Assembly: GCA_963758915.1 (NCBI GenBank)
Contig: CAVWXH010000002.1
Span: 32,001 to 96,000, forward strand
Direction: 5' to 3'
Source of the DNA: an uncultured Methanomicrobiales archaeon
GTDB lineage: Archaea > Halobacteriota > Methanomicrobia > Methanomicrobiales > Methanospirillaceae
Length of the DNA stretch: 64,000 nt
The notes under the pieces are model-generated. The model saw only the letters and a program-made list of their open reading frames with translations, did not search any database and was not told where the DNA came from. Position numbers and translations under genes: made by a program. Position 1 is the first letter of the stretch. Each line of letters begins with the position of its first letter. Below are positions 54,892 through 63,289 of the stretch, one piece after another.

Positions 54892-55607
54892 TCAAAATTT
54901 AAATAGATCGTCCATCGAGTAGATGCCCCTGCGGCCATAGAGAAATTCACCTGCCAGCACGGCTCCAAAAGCCAGGCCACGGCGCGATTTTGCGCAGATA
55001 GTTACCGATAGCACGTCGTTTTCCGATTCATAGATGATTTTATGGATACCGGGGACTTCACCTTCCCGAAACGAACTGATGCCTATTTCTTCGACGGAGT
55101 CGGTATAGCGGTTCAACCACAATTTTTTTGTACCGCACTGGCTATTATGTCTTCCGCCAGTGTGATGGCAGTGCCGCTCGGCGAGTCGAGTTTATGCCTG
55201 TGGTGGGTTTCTTCAATGGAAACGTTGTAATCTGGGAACTGGTTCATTATGCGTGCTAGTTCCTTGTTAAGATGAAACATGATGTTCACCCCGATGCTGT
55301 AATTGGACGAATAAAAGAATGAACCACCGTGTGAATTACATAACTCCCTGACTTCACCGAGATGTTTGTTCCAGCCTGTCGAACCGCACACCACTGCGGT
55401 GCCGCATTCGATGCATTTCCTGACATTTGCGTACGCCGTGTCCGGGGATGTGAACTCGAAAGCCACATCGACCTGCCGGAGGTTTCCGGCGTTCAGGTCG
55501 GCCACATTGTCCTTGGTTATCGTAAGCACGGTTTCGTGTCCCCGTTCACCAAGGATTTTCTCGATTTCCCGGCCCATTTTGCCGTATCCAATAATTGCCG
55601 CTTTCAT
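54892..55607 (-). CDS. dapB: 4-hydroxy-tetrahydrodipicolinate reductase (frameshift in poly-T near 55125)
   Basis: IIGYGKMGREIE, EFTSP, GSTGW, SNYSIGVN, EETHHRHKLDSPSGTA, REGEVPGIH, GAVLAGEF. Confidence 0.92.
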
Positions 55608-55763
55608 CGTTTTACCCTGTTTTCGGGAAAGATAATGCATTTGGAGGTTAAAAATATGGCGTATCAATGTGTTATTCTTTAAAAATTACGAAGGGTTTTT
55701 TAAAAAAAGGAGGATCAAAAAAAGAAAAGATGGTCCGATGGTAATGGGGTTGCAACCTGCATT

Positions 55764-57500
55764 TCATACTGCCGGCAGTTCTATCACGGTTGATATGACT
55801 TCCCCTTCTGTTTCACAGGAGAAAAAGCCCCCGGAAAGCTCGCACTCTTTTATCATGAAACCGAGCCGTTCCCCTGGAAAATCAATGCCTGGCGAATGGA
55901 ATTCTGCACTGATTGTCACAAAGCCGCGATTGGTCTCTTTCGTATTGCTGACGGTTATCTGTTCACCGCCGATACCTGCCATATCCTCGAGAATACCTGC
56001 AATTAAGTCTTTTAATCGTTCCCTGTCTGCAACTACGCTGAATGGATATTCCCCGGGGATGAATGAGACCGGGTTCTCCTCAAAAACAGGTACATAGACG
56101 AGCCTTTTCACAAGTGCCTGCCGGTACAGGGCTTCATCATCGGCAAGTGTTATAAGGTCCTCGTCACTGCAGGGGGGTGAAACGAGCGTCCGGATGCAAT
56201 GGCCAACGAAGGTGTCCAGTTCAAATTCCTCCCTCTCGATGGCTGGTCTGAACCCCCGAAAAAGGGTCATATAATCTGAAAGAAGTCGTTCTGCACGTTT
56301 TACGAGGTAGGGGTCGATGACAAGGTCAAGCTGGCCCGTCCTGTACACCGCTTCAAGTTTTGCCGTGATCTGTCCGGCCTTCAGGGCGAGGTGGACATCG
56401 CGCTGATTTCCTGCACGGTAGTCCTCGTTGAACCGGTGGAAATCAGCGAGGATTGAATCGATTGCATCCAGGCAGAGCAGGCCCGACAGGTTCTCTGCTT
56501 CACCGGCCTCCTCGAGTTCCTCCAGGATATGGGCTGCACGGTAACACCTTCCCGCCATGATGGTGAAGGTCTCAGCCACACGGTTCATCAGGTCGTTTGC
56601 ATACCGTGCAGTCTGCTTTGCCCACTCGGGATTGATCTCCTGGATCTCGGTCAGGAAATAGGTCTCTTTCTCCATATTGGCAAAGACAGCTTCAGCACTT
56701 GCAGAAGATATCAGGCGCCCGTGTCCCGGGCAGCAGACCCTGATATCTTCGTTATCCAGGATCCACCTGACTTTGTGAAGCGATGCGATGAGATCCTGCT
56801 GGCTCCACCCACGAAGACCGGCAATCCCCGGGCTCGCCGCAAAAAGCAGGTCGCCAATGAAAAGCAGGCCACCGACCCGGATACAGATGCTGTCACTGCT
56901 GTGGCCCGGGAGATGGTAGACCTCCACCCTGTCCTGCGGCCCGGAAACCACGACCTGGCGTTTCAGGAAGAGGGTGTCATCTACCGTTATATCACTCTCC
57001 TGGACACGGACACAGGGAGCAACAAGCGGGCAAATCTCAAAAAAATCAGTCTTATGTTCCCGGGTCGGGGCGAACAGCTGCATTGGTACATGCAGGGGGG
57101 TGAGCCTGATCTGGAACAGGTCTGCCTGGGTACTTGCGGTATCAGCAGTCTCAAGGCTTGCTGCCCCTGTGGCATGGGCGGCAATGATGGGTCGCACCGG
57201 TCCATTAAAGAACGGGTGAGACTGGATTACCACAAAATGGTCGACATGGGTATGGGTGAGGTAAATAAAGACCGGCCGTGGATTTACCGTCCGGATCCTC
57301 TCAATTTCAGTTGCAAGCAGGTCCATCTGCTCCATCAAACCGCCAGGATCGATAAGGATGATCTGAGACGGCGTCGAAATAATATAAGAATTTGATGAGT
57401 TTGTATCTACTTTCCTGATATAGGGAAAGATTTGTGCATGTTCATCACCGGGAAGCGGCTGCCAGCGCTGGTTTTCGAGCAGTTCACTTCCATGCGTCAA
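55764..57500 (-). CDS. Metallo-beta-lactamase-fold hydrolase with helical region and degenerate HATPase-like C-terminus (start uncertain)
   Basis: LIDPG, THTHVDH, PGHS, FIGDLL and CPGHG are intact; C-terminal VVADRERLKDLIAGILEDM...ECELSGGFF...VIELP. Overlaps the STAS stop. Confidence 0.8.
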   Translation of the reverse strand: MTHGSELLENQRWQPLPGDEHAQIFPYIRKVDTNSSNSYIISTPSQIILIDPGGLMEQMDLLATEIERIRTVNPRPVFIYLTHTHVDHFVVIQSHPFFNGPVRPIIAAHATGAASLETADTASTQADLFQIRLTPLHVPMQLFAPTREHKTDFFEICPLVAPCVRVQESDITVDDTLFLKRQVVVSGPQDRVEVYHLPGHSSDSICIRVGGLLFIGDLLFAASPGIAGLRGWSQQDLIASLHKVRWILDNEDIRVCCPGHGRLISSASAEAVFANMEKETYFLTEIQEINPEWAKQTARYANDLMNRVAETFTIMAGRCYRAAHILEELEEAGEAENLSGLLCLDAIDSILADFHRFNEDYRAGNQRDVHLALKAGQITAKLEAVYRTGQLDLVIDPYLVKRAERLLSDYMTLFRGFRPAIEREEFELDTFVGHCIRTLVSPPCSDEDLITLADDEALYRQALVKRLVYVPVFEENPVSFIPGEYPFSVVADRERLKDLIAGILEDMAGIGGEQITVSNTKETNRGFVTISAEFHSPGIDFPGERLGFMIKECELSGGFFSCETEGEVISTVIELPAV

Positions 57501-57819
57501 GCGCATCCCCTTCAGAGGAAAAGATGGTAAAAATTGTGGTGAACCCTGCAAGTTTCAGGATTTTATTCACCTCCTGGGTAAGGCAGCAGAGTCCGAACTT
57601 ATCGTTTGGGCTCCTTAGTTTCTTTGCCGTGGAAAGGAGCACCCGCAGGCCACCGCTGCTGATATAGGTCACTTCTGAGAAGTTCAGGAGAATTTTGCGT
57701 TTTCCTTCCCCCATCAGGGTATTCAGTTCCTTCTCCAGCTGTGGTGCCGCAGTGGTATCGATCCGGCCGAAGAGTGCAATGATGGCCACACCCTCCCTGT
57801 GGCTCGTGGTGGTATCCAT
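57484..57819 (-). CDS. STAS domain anti-anti-sigma factor (RsbV/SpoIIAA-like)
   Basis: GRIDTTAAP.L, LNFSEVTYISSGGLRVLL (phospho-Ser motif), ILKLAGF. Confidence 0.92.
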   Translation of the reverse strand: MDTTTSHREGVAIIALFGRIDTTAAPQLEKELNTLMGEGKRKILLNFSEVTYISSGGLRVLLSTAKKLRSPNDKFGLCCLTQEVNKILKLAGFTTIFTIFSSEGDALDAWK

Positions 57820-58089
57820 TGGTCCCATCTCCTTGTAGTGAATATACATTTGATCCGGTTACTTATAAGTACACCATAATGCAACCCGGTCAGAACCTCC
57901 CCGTTTCAGCAACGGGCAGAAAAAAAGGTCAGTCCACCTTGAGCATGCCTCCGGCATTATAATTTTGGTTTGCAAAAACGACCTTTTCATGTAACCGGAT
58001 GTCATACGTGTCCGGCAGGTGGCCGTATAGAACCCGGAGGTGCACTATTAATGCATTTACTGACTACCTTTTGATGGTAATCCTGTATT

Positions 58090-59482
58090 ATGGCGCTCTT
58101 CATGCCTGATGACCTGCTTGTCCTGGTCCAGATGATCTGTGTAATCGTCGTAGTTGCCTACCTCCTGACCCGACAGCGCATCTTCACCGATGTTCTTGAT
58201 GGTCATCCGACCCTGAAAGCCCAGGTACTGCTTACGCTGATATTTGGTGCACTTTCTATATACGGGACAATGTCAGGCATAACGGTGCTCGGTGCCCCGA
58301 TCAATGTCCGCGACCTTGGGCCCATGGTCGCAGGTCTTACCTGTGGTCCTTTTGTCGGGCTCGGAGCCGGCCTTATCGGTGCGGCGTACCGGGTGACACT
58401 TGAAGGGTTTACGGTCTATGCCTGCTCGCTTGCCACGGTGCTCGCAGGAGTGCTCGGTGGCCTGGTCTGGCTTTTACATAATAAAAAATTCCCCGGGACC
58501 CGTATTGCAGTTGAATTTGCCGTCATGATGGAGGGGCTTCATATGCTCCTCGTACTTATTATCGCCACCCCGTTTGCCATGGCACTTGCACTGGTATCTG
58601 CCGTCGCAATCCCGATGATCTTCGCGAACGCGTTAGGGATGTTCATCTTTTCATTTATCATCACAAATCTGCAGGAGGAGCGAAAGACCCGGGTGGAACG
58701 TGATAATTATCTCCGGGATATCGAGCGGAAAAATACAGAACTGGAAATTGCTGCGGATATCCAGAAGAGTTTCCTGCCCACGGAAATTGAGCAGCTCATC
58801 GGTTTTGATATTGCGGCGACGAGCATCCCTGCAAAAGAGGTGGGTGGAGATTTCTTTGATGTAATCCCGTTTGCCGTGGTCCCTGCAAAAGACCACAAGG
58901 CGGGTATTATGATTGCCGATGTCTCGGGAAAAGGGATCCCCGCTGCCCTGTTTATGGCGTTATCGCTGGTCGTCATGCGGGTCAGTTCACTCTGGCATAC
59001 CCACCCGGCAGATGTGCTCAGGGATGCGAACGGTATCATCTCCATGGACACAAAAGAGACGGGCATGTTTGTCACCGTTTTCTACGCAGTGATCGACGAG
59101 GAACTACGGCAGGTTACGCTACGCGAATGCGGGCCATAATCCACCGATGGTCTACCGGGCCGGTACAGGGATGATCGAGGAGCTCGGGGTGACAGGGGTT
59201 GCGCTGGGTATTATGGACACGGCAACCTACACTGAACAGGTATGTGTGCTATCCCCTGGGGACATTGTGCTCCTTTATACCGACGGTATAACAGAGGCAG
59301 AAAACGAGGCTGAGGAGATGTTTGGAGAAGAAAGACTGCGTGAAGCGTTATTGCAGTACCACACCCTCCGTGCCCGCGGGATAGTGGACTCGGTACTGCA
59401 TGATGCACGGGCATTTGCAGCGGGATACCCCCAGTCTGATGACATGACGCTGATGGTGCTGAAGGCAGTAAAAGACAAATAA
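58090..59482 (+). CDS. 5TM-5TMR_LYT (LytS-type) sensor fused to a SpoIIE/RsbU PP2C phosphatase (frameshift near 59120-59145)
   Basis: FGALSIYGT..G...INVRDLG...AGL..GP.VG; ELEIA.DIQ.SFLP, VGGDFFD, IADVSGKG.PAAL, MFVT, LYTDGITEA, SDDMT. Confidence 0.9.
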
Positions 59483-59516
59483 GAAATCTGATAAGGGTCT
59501 GAACCATGGTTTTGTT

Positions 59517-59933
59517 ATGAAAGGCCGGACTGACCAGACGATCCCGGCTGATATGTCCGGTCTTAAGGAAATTCTTGACGGGATAGCGATACTGCTTGAG
59601 GAGCAGGGATTTCCTTTAGAATTGATCAGCGATGTACAGCTGGCGACAGATGAGGCGGTGGTGAACGCTATCATCCATGGTTATGCTGGAAAAGAGGGTG
59701 AAGTGCGTGTTATTGCAGAGGCTGACGACCGGGAGGTAGTCGTCATTGTTGAGGACCGGGCCCCGGCCTTTGACCCGGTTACCTTCGTATCGCGGGATGT
59801 GTCATTAGACGGGGATGACCGGCCGATCGGCGGCCTCGGCCTTATACTGATCAGGAACGTCATGGACGAGGTCGGGTACCGCCGCCAGGACGGAAAAAAT
59901 ATCTTGACGATGGCAAAGCGCCGGGGTCAATAA
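59517..59933 (+). CDS. RsbW/SpoIIAB-like anti-sigma factor Ser kinase
   Basis: LATDEAVVNAIIHGY (N-box), EDRAPAFDP, IGGLGL.LI...MDEV.Y...GKN.L. Confidence 0.92.
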   Translation: MKGRTDQTIPADMSGLKEILDGIAILLEEQGFPLELISDVQLATDEAVVNAIIHGYAGKEGEVRVIAEADDREVVVIVEDRAPAFDPVTFVSRDVSLDGDDRPIGGLGLILIRNVMDEVGYRRQDGKNILTMAKRRGQ

Positions 59934-60458
59934 CGCCACCACGAATAAGGGATGTTTTCTTCTTCGCTCTGTCGGCAGCCGCCTGCACAACAGGAAGATG
60001 GGATGCGAATGACAGAGCAACACCGGCGCCAGGGATGTCCGGATCATTACGCTTAACAGGGGGATGGATATCATTTCTGTTCTCCATATCGACTAATCCT
60101 GCCATGAGAAGAATCATCGAATCTATTGATTATTCAACCGTCTGCATAGGTGTGGCGTTCCTGGTATTCGTGGGCCCTGGCCTGATCTCCTGACCATTCA
60201 GGCGGCTTTTTTTAGACTGTCACGTTTCCGTAAGGTCATTTTCTGGAATATTCACATTGCAGGAGGACCATGAATCCGGGGTCCCGGAGACCGTTATTGC
60301 AACACCTGGTAGCATGTAGTTTTGCTTTTACCGGCCATTCTCTTTCTCTTATCTCTCCTCGTTAGTAACCCCCTGTTCAACGCACAACTCCTCCGGGCAG
60401 GTATATATACCATGTGTGGTGATTACAGACTTGTCAGATAACAACAGAGTGATGTAAT

Positions 60459-62417
60459 ATGGCAGAGGAACCCAAACCGACGCTGGTCCGGGAGAAGCTT
60501 GATGTCTGTGAGCTCGACAGAGCGCGAATGTCGCTTCTGAACCCGGTATTAATCGAGCAGAAGAAAAATGAGCGGACGATAGATGAGAATGCCAAACCTG
60601 TCCTTGAACTGATGATGCGGGAGGGAATGGAGACCGTCTGGGACCGGTTCGAGATGCAGCAGCCTCCCTGTAAATACTGTGAGGCAGGTACTTCCTGTTC
60701 ACGGTGTACCATGGGGCCCTGCCGGATCATCCCTCCCCACCGTATCCGTGGGGTTTGCGGTGCCGATGCAGACCTGATTGTGTCCCGGAACCTGCTGGAC
60801 ATGATCGCGACCGGTGCGGCAGCCCACTCGGACCATGGCCGTGATATTGCCGAGACATTGTATCTCTTCGGCACCGGAAAGGCGCCGGATTATGTAATCA
60901 CCGATAAGGAAAAACTCCGGACCATTTGCAAAGAATATGCGATCAATACGGAAGGGAAGAAACCGGAGCAGCTTGCCGCAGAACTGGGCGGGGCCATGCT
61001 TGATGAGTATGGCATGAGGAAAAACACGCTCCAGTTCCTCAACCGGGCACCGAAAGCCACCCGGGAGATATGGAGCAACATGGGTATTACCCCGCGGGGG
61101 ATTGACCGCGAAGTGGTGGACTCAATGCACCGCGTCCAGATGGGTGTCGGTGCGGATTATGTCAATATACTGCTCCAGGGTCTGCGCACCTCGCTCTCGG
61201 ATGGCTGGGGTGGATCGATGATCGGCACCGAAGTGTCGGATATCCTGTTTGGTACTCCCACGATTAACAGCTCGAAGATGAACCTGGCAGTCTTAAAAGA
61301 GGACCACGTGAACATCTCGGTGCACGGCCACAACCCGGTCCTCTCCGAAGTCATTGTAAGAGCAATCGATGACCCTGAGATGAAAGCACTCGCGCTGAAA
61401 CAGGGTGCGAAGGGGATCAACCTTGTCGGCATGTGCTGTACAGGTAATGAGCTGCTCATGAGGAAGGGCATCCCGATGACCGGAAACCATCTCAACCAGG
61501 AACTGATCATCGCAACCGGTGCCCTTGAAGCGATGGTCGTGGACTACCAGTGCATCTTCCCCTCCCTCCCCCGGACTGCCAGCTGTTACCATACCCTGAT
61601 CATCTCCACGAGTTCGAAAGCCACGATCCCGGGCTCGTACTTCTTTGACTTCCATGCGGAAGATGCCTATCTTACCGCAAAGGCGATCGTGCGGATGGCA
61701 GTGGAGAACTACAGGAACAGGAACCCTCAGCGTGTCCTGATCCCGGGAGAGCCAGTGCCGGTCATGGCGGGTTTCTCCAACGAGGCGATTAAGAACGCGC
61801 TCGGTGGCACGTTCAAACCACTTATCGACCTGATCGCTGCCGGGAAGATCCGGGGGGCTGTCGGGATTGTCGGGTGTAACAACCCGCGTGTGAAGCATGA
61901 CTTCGGTCATGTGACACTGGCAAAGGAACTGATAAAGAGAAATATTCTCTGTGTCGAGACTGGTTGTGCAGCAATTGCATCAGGAAAAGCGGGGCTGCTC
62001 CGGCCCGAGGCCGCATCGCTGGCAGGCAATGACCTCCGGGCAGTCTGTGAGTCCCTGAAGATCCCACCGGTGCTCCACATGGGTTCCTGTGTCGACAACT
62101 CCCGCATCCTCGTGCTTGCAGCGGAACTCGGCAATGCGCTCAACGTGCCGATCCACAAACTTCCCATCGCCGGTGCCGCTCCCGAATGGTACTCCCAGAA
62201 GGCGGTCTCAATCGGGGCATACTTCGTTGCGTCCGGTGTCTACACGGTGCTTGGTGTTATGCCGCATATAACGGGGAGTCCTGCTACCGTTTCGCTCCTT
62301 ACCGAGGGCCTGAAAGGGGTTGTGAATGCCAGTTTCTCGGTTGAACCCGACCCGGTAAAGGCATCAGTCCTGATATCAGACCACATCGAGAGGAAACGGA
62401 CAGAGCTCGGGATCTGA
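60459..62417 (+). CDS. cooS: Ni,Fe carbon monoxide dehydrogenase catalytic subunit
   Basis: CSRCTMGPC...GVCGA (B-cluster), AAHSDHGR, HGHNP, GMCCTGNE, DYQC, VGCNN, TGC, GSCVDN, SQKA. Confidence 0.95.
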   Translation: MAEEPKPTLVREKLDVCELDRARMSLLNPVLIEQKKNERTIDENAKPVLELMMREGMETVWDRFEMQQPPCKYCEAGTSCSRCTMGPCRIIPPHRIRGVCGADADLIVSRNLLDMIATGAAAHSDHGRDIAETLYLFGTGKAPDYVITDKEKLRTICKEYAINTEGKKPEQLAAELGGAMLDEYGMRKNTLQFLNRAPKATREIWSNMGITPRGIDREVVDSMHRVQMGVGADYVNILLQGLRTSLSDGWGGSMIGTEVSDILFGTPTINSSKMNLAVLKEDHVNISVHGHNPVLSEVIVRAIDDPEMKALALKQGAKGINLVGMCCTGNELLMRKGIPMTGNHLNQELIIATGALEAMVVDYQCIFPSLPRTASCYHTLIISTSSKATIPGSYFFDFHAEDAYLTAKAIVRMAVENYRNRNPQRVLIPGEPVPVMAGFSNEAIKNALGGTFKPLIDLIAAGKIRGAVGIVGCNNPRVKHDFGHVTLAKELIKRNILCVETGCAAIASGKAGLLRPEAASLAGNDLRAVCESLKIPPVLHMGSCVDNSRILVLAAELGNALNVPIHKLPIAGAAPEWYSQKAVSIGAYFVASGVYTVLGVMPHITGSPATVSLLTEGLKGVVNASFSVEPDPVKASVLISDHIERKRTELGI

Positions 62418-62475
62418 CGTCGCTTCCGCTCATACGGTTACAAGGGATATAATCCCGCTATTTTTTCCTTTTTCA

Positions 62476-62736
62476 GGCTTTGTTGAAACCCTTAGGTGAT
62501 ATAAAAAAAATAAGAGGGAAATACGAAGACAGGGAGGGGGTTTCACCCCCCCTGCCCTACCCCCATTAAGATATTCTTCGGGCAGGGTTTCGGCGAAGGC
62601 TCATTAAATTCAGAGTATTGGGGGAGATCTCTATCCCAACCGGGGCGCCACAGCGGCGGGGTGGAGCCCCGAGAGCGTAGATAAATTTCAGAATAATCAG
62701 GATTCCGGGTGCCTAATATACCTTTTCAACAGAGCG
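62476..62736 (+). mobile_element. Full-length MITE (261 bp) with TIRs and 8-bp TSD
   Basis: GGCTTTGTTGAAA...TTTCAACAGAGCG flanked by direct repeat CTTTTTCA (62468-62475 and 62737-62744). Confidence 0.92.
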
Positions 62737-62865
62737 CTTTTTCAGGGTAATCATACGAAAGGTCATAACAGGCCCCGGTCACACAGGTTGTTCCCGGACA
62801 GAAGTTGAATGCCTGTCATTAAAAGCCAAAAAAAAGCAAAAAAAAATATCCTGTAATTTTTAATT

Positions 62866-63204
62866 TCAGAGCAGTTTTGTCTCTTTGTCAGGTCTTGGGA
62901 CTTTGACGACAAGGACCCTGAATACGTGCCTGCTCTCATTTATCCAGCGGTGAGGAATCCCTGCCGGGCTCTCGACAAGCATATCTTTTTGTATGGTATT
63001 CCGTTCATCGCCGATCTCAATATCTGCCCTGCCTTCCAGGACGTAAAAGAACACATCAACCGGGGTGATGTGTTTCCTGAGTGATTCACCCGGGTGGAGT
63101 GTAATTACTACGGCAACAGCATTGGGTGAATCGTATATTTTCCTGACATCGACATTATGCGGGTTTGGTCCCGAAACTACCTGGCTTATATCAGTTATCT
63201 GCAT
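62866..63204 (-). CDS. Cupin domain protein
   Basis: LHPGESLRKHITPVDVFFYVLEG...SPAGIPHRW.N. Confidence 0.88.
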   Translation of the reverse strand: MQITDISQVVSGPNPHNVDVRKIYDSPNAVAVVITLHPGESLRKHITPVDVFFYVLEGRADIEIGDERNTIQKDMLVESPAGIPHRWINESRHVFRVLVVKVPRPDKETKLL

Positions 63205-63289
63205 ATTTCCTCTACCTGCCTGATTATTGAGGCAACCCTATATCAGGAATAACAATTGAAATAGTTATCCTATCCCCTTTCATCACCCA

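Noticed and set aside
968-59482. Many split genes (mre11, ribD-like, ferredoxin, purL, decarboxylase, sagB, NERD-CAP, histidine kinase, dinB, dapB, PP2C) as pseudogenes or programmed frameshifts
   Set aside because: The breaks I resolved are single-base indels, often in short homopolymers, within otherwise intact and partly essential genes, and they share no slippery motif. Long-read assembly error is the simplest explanation; read polishing would confirm.
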